DNA of 64,000 bases from a virus (lineage: Duplodnaviria > Caudoviricetes), in IMG/VR virus record IMGVR_UViG_3300021431_000075, positions 609,115 through 673,114 of that record. One strand, written 5' to 3'. The notes beneath the pieces are model-generated. The model did not search any database. It saw nothing but the letters and a program-made list of their open reading frames with translations, and was not told the origin of the DNA. A program made the position numbers and the translations under genes. Positions within the stretch are counted from its first letter, which is position 1. Each line of letters begins with the position of its first letter. Positions 56,201 through 64,000 of the stretch are shown here, piece by piece.

Positions 56201-58758
56201 TTCAAGTCAAGCCTGTACTTGAACTCGTCCGCAACAGTCCATGCTCCGAGCGGAGCAGAATCATACACGGTTACGGTCTTTCCACCGACATTCACGTTCT
56301 CCGAACCATGAATGAAATTCTCAATCTTATAGTCTTTGTAATCCTCAAAAGTGACACAACTGAACTCGTTCAAAGAACATGTCAATATAGTTGAAGAATC
56401 AATGAATTCAGTGCTTTGCGTGCAATGCGGCGTAAAGAAACCCTCGTTCTGAATATCCTTGAACTCATGCTCTGTAACATAGCCGACAGACTTCATCCTT
56501 TCAAGAACGATTCCCTCGCCGTTTATGTCTGATATATAGCAGTTCACGCCTGTGATATAAGTTTCAATCCAGTGCTTCACTGCATATAGCTTTGCAAGAA
56601 CCTCGTCACATCTGTATTCATATACAGGAATGACTTTCATTATGTCATTCGCGTTATAGTACTTTCCATTGAACGGAACATTAACGGTCTCCGTTATGGA
56701 CTTTATATACTCATTTGATATGTCTGTAACAAACAGGTCAGAGCAATAATTCATCTTGACATTGAACTTGACGTACTTGTTATCACCTTCTACAAATGAA
56801 ACAAACTCATCAATGCCTTCAAGTTCCGGACTGTACAAATGATTTCTGAATGTTCCGGATACGACTTTCAAGCAATACGTGTTTCCCTGTGAAACCAGTT
56901 TAACAATCACATTGTCATACAGCGGATCGACTGTAAAATGACCGCACACAAGACTTGACATCTTGAATGTCTTGTTGAGACTATCATTTGGAACATCAAG
57001 AGTATAGTTCGCATACTTGTACTTTGTCGCAGCAGTCATATTCTCGCTTTCCGTTCTCCGCACAATGAAACGACAAAGAGTCACTTGCGTCAAATCGGCA
57101 CTCAACTGTTCTTCCGCATCGCTGCTCATCTCGTCAAGATGATAAATCATAGACAGCCTGTTCAGCTTCGTATACCTGTCATATTGCCCGTATTCAACAC
57201 CGTACTTCTTCAATGTTGATTCAATGGACAAACCGGTAGATGTGTCATAGTTCTGAATAGCCACATACCGCGTCTGGTCGTTGCGGTCCTTAATCTTGTA
57301 CCACTCCTTGAATATGATGTCCTGATAGCCAAGAAACTTGATTGCATTGAACAGAGCCTTGTATGTTCCGACATATGGGAATATCTCGTCATAGTACAAG
57401 AACAACTCCTTGGACTTCTTGTTCACAAGAGTCCAGTCACATCCCTGCTCGTCGATATCCTGCTGCTTGAACACGTTCGGATACTTGATTGGATCCGGAA
57501 TACCGAAATTTGTCAGCAATGTACGGAACCTCTCGTCCTCATCCTCTACTTCCGTCAAGAACTGGATGACGCCGATGAAGTAGTCAACATCATCAACCAA
57601 GTCCCTGATGAACATTCCCATCGCGTTCTTGTAGCAACCTTCCACACTACTCTGGAACCCGACAGTGAAATGCATAGCGTTCAACAACGTGTTTCTCGTG
57701 CTATCAGTAATGGATGCAACAGCCTCGTCATGGTTGAGCATGTACATCGAGTCGCTCTTCACCAAATCGACATTGTTCTCGTCAGCCGTAATGAACGACA
57801 TCTCCGAATCTTTCTGAAACCTGAAGTGAAGCCTGTACCTGACATCACCATCCTCGATGACCGGATATGTGTATCGTTCGGCAGCATCTACGCCGTTATC
57901 GGCAACAATAACAATCGTGGTCGCCGCAATGAAGTCTGCAGATACCTTCTCCTGCATGCAAGTGCCTACATATCGAACATACGGAAACTGGTTCTCGTCC
58001 ACGTTGTATGCCATCATGTAAAGAGCAGTACTCATATCCGTGCCATACTTGTCTATCAAGTCCGTAGCGGCATGAACCTCATCCGCATACTCTGTTTCCT
58101 CTCCCTTGACCAAGCCGATAATGGAAGCCTTGATTCCATAGCAGTTGCTGGCATCGTCATCAGTCACAGACTCTTTTAGAAAATCAGTGTCGCCTGTATT
58201 GAAACTATACTGTATGTAATGTCCGTTCGTGCGGTAGTTCGTGCTAACAACAGGATAGAAGAAATCAAGCAGGTTATACTCCTCAACAAACACTTCGTCA
58301 CCAGTGCTTACACTAATCTTTATCTTGTTCTGCTCGATATACGTCTTGTCATCCGTAACATACTTGTAGCAAAAGAACAGAATCTTGTTCATAGCCTCAT
58401 TGTCAGAAGCGACAATCTGTCCCTCGCCATTAACAGTTCTTGGTTCTACATAATTTTCAGATATATTGTAGATACCAAGAACATCTGTTGAAGCAGAATA
58501 CTTGTTAATTATATAGTTTGACGCTCCGTGGTTCAGCGGAAACTTCACATCAGGTCTGACCATTCCCGGATTGTCAACAATAACATCAATCTTGTTTCCG
58601 CTAATCTCGAAATGACCAGACGGATTGTCAATGAACGCAGAGAACACGCGGTCGCACGGGACAATCTCCCATGCAACAGAATATTGCTTCTGCATAATAA
58701 TCTGCTTACCGTCACCGGTAAAGAACTTCAAACTGTCTAATCCAAGCCTGTCCATCAA
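53257..58758 (-). CDS. Very large baseplate protein (contains a tail-I/gp7-like segment)
   Basis: 1833 aa; YVGTYKALFNAIKFLGY..KEW motif; follows gp6/gp25-like genes. Confidence 0.65.
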   Translation of the reverse strand: MMDRLGLDSLKFFTGDGKQIIMQKQYSVAWEIVPCDRVFSAFIDNPSGHFEISGNKIDVIVDNPGMVRPDVKFPLNHGASNYIINKYSASTDVLGIYNISENYVEPRTVNGEGQIVASDNEAMNKILFFCYKYVTDDKTYIEQNKIKISVSTGDEVFVEEYNLLDFFYPVVSTNYRTNGHYIQYSFNTGDTDFLKESVTDDDASNCYGIKASIIGLVKGEETEYADEVHAATDLIDKYGTDMSTALYMMAYNVDENQFPYVRYVGTCMQEKVSADFIAATTIVIVADNGVDAAERYTYPVIEDGDVRYRLHFRFQKDSEMSFITADENNVDLVKSDSMYMLNHDEAVASITDSTRNTLLNAMHFTVGFQSSVEGCYKNAMGMFIRDLVDDVDYFIGVIQFLTEVEDEDERFRTLLTNFGIPDPIKYPNVFKQQDIDEQGCDWTLVNKKSKELFLYYDEIFPYVGTYKALFNAIKFLGYQDIIFKEWYKIKDRNDQTRYVAIQNYDTSTGLSIESTLKKYGVEYGQYDRYTKLNRLSMIYHLDEMSSDAEEQLSADLTQVTLCRFIVRRTESENMTAATKYKYANYTLDVPNDSLNKTFKMSSLVCGHFTVDPLYDNVIVKLVSQGNTYCLKVVSGTFRNHLYSPELEGIDEFVSFVEGDNKYVKFNVKMNYCSDLFVTDISNEYIKSITETVNVPFNGKYYNANDIMKVIPVYEYRCDEVLAKLYAVKHWIETYITGVNCYISDINGEGIVLERMKSVGYVTEHEFKDIQNEGFFTPHCTQSTEFIDSSTILTCSLNEFSCVTFEDYKDYKIENFIHGSENVNVGGKTVTVYDSAPLGAWTVADEFKYRLDLNADSGTLYEFAANDSSLNPIYVADGEITFFDQTKCDSSIIKSELPVIEIIKGNLRELTGDWSADSVLNTNIKYSIHRVNYADGSSFVVLTDELKRSVSTNGPKDYSVRAKGCITLSSKRTNDVNHGTFSYTSNNKWDMPLFLISNYELTNQFRGDVLDGWSSSDIVFSDSKTYVLEIIEGSIKFSNHYDASVMKNCHGAEITFSETAREEESGEQVISIKYDYESERIPIYTYKKPAGASHDTTSVKAMYEQLDEWVTMNTSVDIPVNRLGDYKVSVYAYDSYNNIFHNSGDDLCHVGTRMPSIDIIANAPSSNNASSFHIYNKMPLAMDSSDYIDVSNSVETEPVFPMNYKIYGAEHDTEDNKIVYDSISYAIDTPKNSDYLMLTNLTEKVSDVTDGKNLHMSLSCHHKQNVYAKNGYVNLCLYDENLNKVLWEGKRSVTAVVNPSIGYRVTDTSNGRITVNTALDSSIVNCVKDKTNNKNLYVLSDNYIDVPLNASIVNDKENRVAFIPVYYNHNDSHNDSYVDEFEENYSLDTSLRVFPIDTMVKLTAYVMDGSTLVTLSETAYRIIDTSIHTYISDNNAADSSVMCGYVIDGNVDLNFLNNLHNVNVYKYDSSILAENDMHYYTYKPDDVRFKLQPVTSRPVNYMLRVNKDALEQSYMYSNYKFYGIRTSVEFNTKRLLFDSYYDDSFAFKNYRYEPTTLYEMWWNFDGDVKPSVDEYPLYVYRNFPITVNQGTRVIVRAGDDIESLESGYKKKWTWKTALLEDNSNWDNHKSGSRKIELFESVNDMLSVKPFYLGYQSIELECIDKYGNRIVNNGGGNMCVIDKDEFHAPDSVLTLRNMTGVWKVENLDLYYTYVKDGNTVMVVSDYTLMSFQTDYESANHGYGYQLDHFEREDGVNDIEYIMHSFRWLSEGSRLTITFDDVLARPELDGFKYGNYTGVIDSRPDSGIALNRYDKDVTGIDWNSYVGFKFKIENYN

Positions 58759-59060
58759 TTAATGTTCTTTGAGTTTTTCGGAAGCGCAATAGCATAAGTC
58801 AGCTTTATCATCCGGACCGCGTTGATGAGGTACTCGACAAGCCTCTCAATCTGCCTCATCGGAGCATCATTCAGAGGATTCGCGAACAGTTCCGGCGAAA
58901 CCACGTTCTGCATGATATGCCTCTCATAGTCATAACCTGCATTTCTATAATCGTCATGCATATGATTCGTATAGCTCTTGAACGACTCCACATCCTTGAT
59001 TCTTGGCATAATCTCTATAAAAATTCGTTTTATTCTTGGCTCACCAGAATACCAAGACAC
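58755..59060 (-). CDS. Small baseplate-operon protein
   Basis: Overlapping start/stop coupling with neighbours. Confidence 0.6.
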   Translation of the reverse strand: MSWYSGEPRIKRIFIEIMPRIKDVESFKSYTNHMHDDYRNAGYDYERHIMQNVVSPELFANPLNDAPMRQIERLVEYLINAVRMIKLTYAIALPKNSKNIN

Positions 59061-59404
59061 TTCTTCTGGTTCACAACGATGTCTATCACGGCATAGTCAT
59101 ACGCGTCATTGTCATTATGTCCGAAAGACACGTTCGCATACACGTTGTACTTCGTCTGATCGAACCTGACATACCTTGCCAGAGCGACATTGACGTTGTA
59201 CAGTATCTGTTCCTGCGACTGGTTGTAACTGAACAGGTACTTCTGCAGGTCGATTCCGAAATTGTAGTCGCCGAGAACCTGCCCATGCTTGGTTCCCAGA
59301 ACAATCCTGATCTGCTGCAGAATCTGCTCCAGCTCGTCATCATACTCAACCCGACTCTGATAATTCCTGTCAGTCGGCAACTTGCAATATATTTCCTTTG
59401 TCAT
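59030..59404 (-). CDS. Baseplate wedge/sheath initiator, gp25-like
   Basis: ILQQIRIVLGTKHGQVLGDYNFGIDLQKYLF. Confidence 0.8.
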   Translation of the reverse strand: MTKEIYCKLPTDRNYQSRVEYDDELEQILQQIRIVLGTKHGQVLGDYNFGIDLQKYLFSYNQSQEQILYNVNVALARYVRFDQTKYNVYANVSFGHNDNDAYDYAVIDIVVNQKKCLGILVSQE

Positions 59405-59411
59405 ATTATTA

Positions 59412-61325
59412 TCAGTTTATCGGATTATCAAGAGAAAGCCTTGTATTGTGCGTGTATGACACAAGATTCAAGTTAAAAGCAGAATTGTAGTCATTCGACT
59501 GAATGTCCGAATACTCGATTCCGTTGTATGAAGTGAAACCGCCGCGGAACAAAGGCAATATGTCCCTGACCTGTCTTGCCATTCCAGCAGAGTTGATGTA
59601 CTTCCTTGTCAGAACAACATCTCCGAAATCGTCAATTCCGTAGAAACCTGTCTTTCCGTATATATTCTCGTTATTCACGTCCGCATCGAACCAGACTTTC
59701 ACAGAGTCGATTCCCTCGACAGTCTCAAGCAAAGCGGTTATGTCAGAAAGCGGAAGCATGTCCTTTCTTGTATTGTTGATGAGATAATCGGAAAGCTTCG
59801 CGATGCTGTCAGCATAGACGGACTCTATATTATATCCTTCCCAAATCTTCACATTCGCATTGATTGCAAACCGCGGCGTTTTAGGCTCGATAAGCCTGTT
59901 CTCCATTGTTATGATTTTCTGTCCAGAATTCTCTATCATCTGCAAGAGATTGAACTGCTCTTCCGCTGTCAAAGTAAATAGTGTTTCTGCGCAAGTGAAA
60001 TAGTTGTTCGTTGAAGAAAGCCTCTTTGAAATATCCGGAATCAGCATAATATAGACTGTATTGTCGTTCATCGTCGTATCCTCGACTCTCTGCTGCGCTG
60101 TCTGCATGTTTTCAAGGCACTTCTCCAGACTTGCGTATATTGCTCTTGACTCTTCTGCATTTTCTCCGTAAGCCGATGCAGCCTGCTGCCACTTGTCAAA
60201 CATGACAGAATAGTCGTATTGAGCCTTCTCGTAAGCGATATTAGCTTGAATATTCGCCTCCTTCGATGCATAGCCCTTGACAACCTCAATCGTCGAGAAC
60301 ATGTTCATTCTCTTGAAGAAATACTTGTAGTTCACTTCATTAGCAAGAACAAACGAGCGAGAAGCATGCGGAGCAATCATCTGCGTCAGCGCGATATCCT
60401 CGGACTGTGAACCGAATATCAGGTCTGTCTTGAGACTTATCTTGAAGTTCTCTCCGAGATTGATGTAAGTTCCATCCTGAAGAATTCCGTTGCCGTTGAT
60501 AACCCAGGTCTGATCCGACTGATTCGTGTAAGTCTTTGAAAGATTTCCGCCGATGCCGTCAGATATGACATACTCGACAAGGATGGTCGAACCTTCTGCA
60601 GGAACCGCTCCCATGTCACCGTTGCCGAAGAACACATCGATGCCGCCAGTCTGTCCGGTGCGAACCATGCAAGCCTTCTGGTTATAGCCCATATCAAGCA
60701 TCGACTCCACATTGTCCCAACGCTCTCCGTTCACATAGACATTGATGAAATACTGCTCGATTTCTGTATAGTTCCTCTCATTGAAGTTGAACGACTGAAG
60801 AACCTCTCCGGTTCCTGTCGCTTTCTGGTACTTCAAAGTTCCCTGAATAATGTTTCCGTCAACATAGTTGCCTGCCGTCATTGTAATCTTTGCAGTATCA
60901 GCATTGAACAACAGTATATATGAAGCACCGTTCAGCAATGAAGTGATTTTCATCTTGTTCGGGATGAAGCATACTTTTCCAGTCAAGTCCTGATTGCCGG
61001 TTTCCTTATAAACGATACGAACGGCGGCACGCGCAGAAACAGGTCTGAAAGCATCATGCCCGGTCAGTTGTGCAAGACCTCGTATCTGGTCAGGTCTGTA
61101 TGCTGTCTTAATATTGAGACCGGTAACAGAATCCTCTATATAGTAGAATATCATTCGCCCAAGATGCAATATGACCGAAAGGAGCTGCGAAAACGGAGAC
61201 GCATTCGTAAACTGCTCTGCTGTCGCATTATAAGTCTTTCGGACCCAAGCAACAGCATCATCCCACAACTCTTCATACTTTATCCTGTTCAACTTGAAGA
61301 TTTTCAAATCATATATAGAAGACAT
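59412..61325 (-). CDS. Baseplate wedge protein, T4 gp6-like
   Basis: TAYRPDQIRGLAQLTGH, VFFGNGDMGAVP, VEYVISDGIGGN, GSQSED..AP; start MSSIY after late motif at 61348. Confidence 0.85.
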   Translation of the reverse strand: MSSIYDLKIFKLNRIKYEELWDDAVAWVRKTYNATAEQFTNASPFSQLLSVILHLGRMIFYYIEDSVTGLNIKTAYRPDQIRGLAQLTGHDAFRPVSARAAVRIVYKETGNQDLTGKVCFIPNKMKITSLLNGASYILLFNADTAKITMTAGNYVDGNIIQGTLKYQKATGTGEVLQSFNFNERNYTEIEQYFINVYVNGERWDNVESMLDMGYNQKACMVRTGQTGGIDVFFGNGDMGAVPAEGSTILVEYVISDGIGGNLSKTYTNQSDQTWVINGNGILQDGTYINLGENFKISLKTDLIFGSQSEDIALTQMIAPHASRSFVLANEVNYKYFFKRMNMFSTIEVVKGYASKEANIQANIAYEKAQYDYSVMFDKWQQAASAYGENAEESRAIYASLEKCLENMQTAQQRVEDTTMNDNTVYIMLIPDISKRLSSTNNYFTCAETLFTLTAEEQFNLLQMIENSGQKIITMENRLIEPKTPRFAINANVKIWEGYNIESVYADSIAKLSDYLINNTRKDMLPLSDITALLETVEGIDSVKVWFDADVNNENIYGKTGFYGIDDFGDVVLTRKYINSAGMARQVRDILPLFRGGFTSYNGIEYSDIQSNDYNSAFNLNLVSYTHNTRLSLDNPIN

Positions 61326-61392
61326 TATGCTAAAATTGACTTTTATGTATTTATTTGATTTAACCAAATTGTTTGTATTTCAAGTGCAACAA

Positions 61393-61421
61393 AAAGCGGG
61401 TGAACAAGAGTCCATCCGCTT
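61393..61421 (-). terminator. Terminator
   Basis: AAAGCGGATG/CACCCGCTTTT on minus strand. Confidence 0.7.
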
Positions 61422-61453
61422 TCATGGCTGTCTAAATAGTTTATAATGTTTCT

Positions 61454-62566
61454 TTAACTGTTAATCAACTGGAACAAACGCTCGATTGAAGCATTCACTG
61501 CTGACGAGTCGAAGTTCTGAGTCTTGATATGTCCATCTTCAAATGCCACGATGACCTTGTTGGAAGCATCCGCTATGCAAAGGTCGGCATATGGATAATC
61601 CTCGCTTTCGATTGCAACATAGCTTGCCATCGTTCTGTTTATCTTGTTGTTCAACTCAATCAGCGCTTCCGCTGTCACAAGCTCGTTATTGAAGATGATT
61701 TCGAAAAGTTCAGAACAACTTGAATCAAGAACTTGGATACTTGAATCAACGAGTCTCTTGTTCTCGTTAATGAGTGTTTCCAGATAAACAAAATTGCTTG
61801 AATCATACTGCCTGAGAAGATTGATTGCGGAACTTGTACTTGCATTTACGCTCTGAACATAAGAACTTACATTCGCAATGCTTGCGTTGATTGCAGTAAC
61901 CGTCTGTGTAACAAGCGTGCTTACATTATTGCGAAGAGTGTCAACACTGGTTGCTACAGCCTTAACAGAAGTGTCAAGTTTCGATATACTTGCATTTGCA
62001 GAAACTATAGACGCATTGAGCGAAGCATTGACCTTGCTGATGCTTGTGTTCAGATTTACTATGCTTGCATTTGCAGAAACTATAGACGCATTGAGCGAAG
62101 CATTGACCTTGCTGATGCTTGTGTTCAGATTTACTATGCTTGCATTATGACTCGCTATGCTTGCATTCAAACTCGCATCTACTTTAGTGAGGTTGGCAAT
62201 AGAAGTATCTATTATGCCGACACGCCTGTTAAGATCACTAATATCACCTTCAATGCTATCTGATGATGGAGAGAACCAATGCTCTCTTAAATTTGCAGAA
62301 TTGATGGTTGAAATACTGCCAGCACTATACGGATCAGCATTTTTCAATACAAGAATAGTGGGTTTTCCATCACTCTCGAACACTGTAACAATCATACCTG
62401 TATATGCTTTATTATACAGCGTAGCATCCGTTGGTGATTCCTCACTTATATATAAGTCGCTATAGTCCAAAACAAGACGGTCATCAGCAGGCATTCCTGC
62501 TTTAAATGACAAACCTTCTTGAAACGGAACTGCGTTTTCTTGTCTATTATAATATTTAACAGCCAT
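61454..62566 (-). CDS. Coiled-coil fibre-like protein with NAS/NTS repeats
   Basis: 75-bp (25-aa) tandem repeat at ~61989-62146; C-terminal LCIADASNKVIVAFEDGHIKTQNFDS module. Confidence 0.7.
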   Translation of the reverse strand: MAVKYYNRQENAVPFQEGLSFKAGMPADDRLVLDYSDLYISEESPTDATLYNKAYTGMIVTVFESDGKPTILVLKNADPYSAGSISTINSANLREHWFSPSSDSIEGDISDLNRRVGIIDTSIANLTKVDASLNASIASHNASIVNLNTSISKVNASLNASIVSANASIVNLNTSISKVNASLNASIVSANASISKLDTSVKAVATSVDTLRNNVSTLVTQTVTAINASIANVSSYVQSVNASTSSAINLLRQYDSSNFVYLETLINENKRLVDSSIQVLDSSCSELFEIIFNNELVTAEALIELNNKINRTMASYVAIESEDYPYADLCIADASNKVIVAFEDGHIKTQNFDSSAVNASIERLFQLINS

Positions 62567-62617
62567 TATAATATTAAACTACTTTTTAATTATTTTTATC
62601 GTCTTTCGACGATTTCT

Positions 62618-64000
62618 TTACTTTTTCTGTATTCCAATCTTAAGTGTTACTATACCCTTAGTTCCTTCCCAAGATATTTTCCACTTTTTGCAAGGAACAA
62701 CAGCACCATAACTATTAGTTATATTTTCTGTTCCGGTTTGTTCAACAAAACTAAAACCAGTAACTTCAAATTTTCCAGACAATGGATGCGCGCCTAAACA
62801 ACTACTTACTTTGTAATTAGTCGGAACATACAAATAACATGGTTTGGTATTCTTTTCTGATTCAGTTATTCCAGGCCATTGAAGATATATATCCGTAGTG
62901 GCAGTTAACGACAGCAAATTAGTTATAGTAGATTTATCATCAGCACCCTTGTATGTTTCTATTGGTTTATTGTCACCATTTCTATTAGCATATGCTGTAG
63001 CTTCAACTGACTCATAATTCGTTGCATTAGAATATACTCTATAACTTGCAGGAAAAGACAATGTGGTTGTTGATTTAACATCCGTTCTTGCAGAAGGCAC
63101 TACATATGGTTGTCCATTTTCTGGATTTATAGAACTATTCGTTGAATCTACTGGATAATTACCCGGAGCCAAATCAAGAGATACAAAGAAATAACCATTT
63201 GTACCATACTTTGCCTTCATGCCACTCCAATCCGTTATTATGTTTCCAGTTGTTGTACTATTAGAAGACGTATTACACTTCCATGTAGTTTTAGAAAGCA
63301 CATTCAATGACACATCATACTGACCACGCGCTCCTTCCGAAGATACCCAGTTGTATTTTGCTGGTTTATAGTGAACTTGAAGATCATTATCATCAGTTGG
63401 AAAATCTATACTAACATCAACAAGTTTTGTAGAACTATAAGTTGAACCTTTCCAACTGATAGTAATAGACTCGTTTTGTACAGGTGTTGGCGGAACAACT
63501 TCAAACAAGATGGCTTTGAGAATTTCAGAAATCGTCATTTCTTCAAGTTGTCCTATGGTTTTCTTTTCAAGACTACCATGCTTATTAATCATCTTAAAGT
63601 TATCATCTGCATCTCCACCATCAAACTTAGTATTGACTGTAACATCTCCACTAATAATTTCACCTATACGATCATTAATAAATTTACTTATAGATGTATC
63701 TAAGTTATCAAGTGCCTCAGAAACACTTGAATCAATAGCACCAACATAATCATTAATATCTCCAATTGCACCATTGACACTTGTATTGAGATCATTAAAT
63801 GCATTATTAACACTTGTGTTAATTCCATCAATTGCGGCTTCAACACTCGAATTGAGATTACCAAATGCTTCATCAACACTTGTGTTGAGACTATCAATAG
63901 CTTCGTTTACACTTGTGTTAATTCCATCAATTGCGCTTTCAACACTCGAATTGAGATTACCAAATGCTTCATCAACACTTGTGTTGAGACTATCAATAGC
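62618..64000 (-). CDS. Fibre-like protein, 5'-truncated by window; hendecad coiled coil followed by beta-rich domain
   Basis: Frame is open to 64000 (AIDSLNTSVDEAFGNLNSSVESAIDGINTSV...); 99-bp repeat made of 11-aa units. Confidence 0.75.
   Translation of the reverse strand, partial: AIDSLNTSVDEAFGNLNSSVESAIDGINTSVNEAIDSLNTSVDEAFGNLNSSVEAAIDGINTSVNNAFNDLNTSVNGAIGDINDYVGAIDSSVSEALDNLDTSISKFINDRIGEIISGDVTVNTKFDGGDADDNFKMINKHGSLEKKTIGQLEEMTISEILKAILFEVVPPTPVQNESITISWKGSTYSSTKLVDVSIDFPTDDNDLQVHYKPAKYNWVSSEGARGQYDVSLNVLSKTTWKCNTSSNSTTTGNIITDWSGMKAKYGTNGYFFVSLDLAPGNYPVDSTNSSINPENGQPYVVPSARTDVKSTTTLSFPASYRVYSNATNYESVEATAYANRNGDNKPIETYKGADDKSTITNLLSLTATTDIYLQWPGITESEKNTKPCYLYVPTNYKVSSCLGAHPLSGKFEVTGFSFVEQTGTENITNSYGAVVPCKKWKISWEGTKGIVTLKIGIQKK

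Noticed and set aside
1-64000. Stop-codon recoding (TAG to Gln as in some gut megaphages)
   Set aside because: Multi-kb ORFs are uninterrupted in the standard code, and several genes end naturally at TAG (e.g. 1722, 20298, 25292).

Overview
The window looks like part of a jumbo/T4-like (myovirus) phage genome, probably infecting a Bacteroidota host. The host call rests on TAnnTTTGCA-type promoters and a Bacteroidetes-style tyrosine recombinase. It uses the standard genetic code. Content: scattered virion genes (portal, prohead protease/scaffold, neck, gp25- and gp6-like baseplate, very large baseplate/tail proteins, fibres), plus a DinG-like helicase, an ECF-like sigma factor, a HaeIII-like C5 methyltransferase, DHFR, a two-domain glycosyltransferase and a papain-like protease. 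Highlights: (1) A 1.77-kb segment (4364-6130) is bounded by a perfect 24-bp inverted repeat and contains its own intact tyrosine recombinase, a terminator at one end and outward-facing late promoters at the other. It sits between two divergent, paralogous receptor-binding/depolymerase-like cassettes, so it is a likely phase-variable host-range switch. (2) A stand-alone RNA (~34415-34680) resembles a TnpB omega-RNA and has its own promoter and terminator; its predicted guide matches a phage late promoter. A catalytically dead IS607-type TnpA lies elsewhere in the window. (3) Four unrelated cargo proteins share a 27-aa leader ending in LNE (candidate capsid-targeting, protease-cleaved signal). 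(4) Three promoter classes are readable by eye. (5) [D/N]-x-S motifs are pervasive in virion proteins. All calls come from reading motifs by eye; no database searches or folding programs were run.
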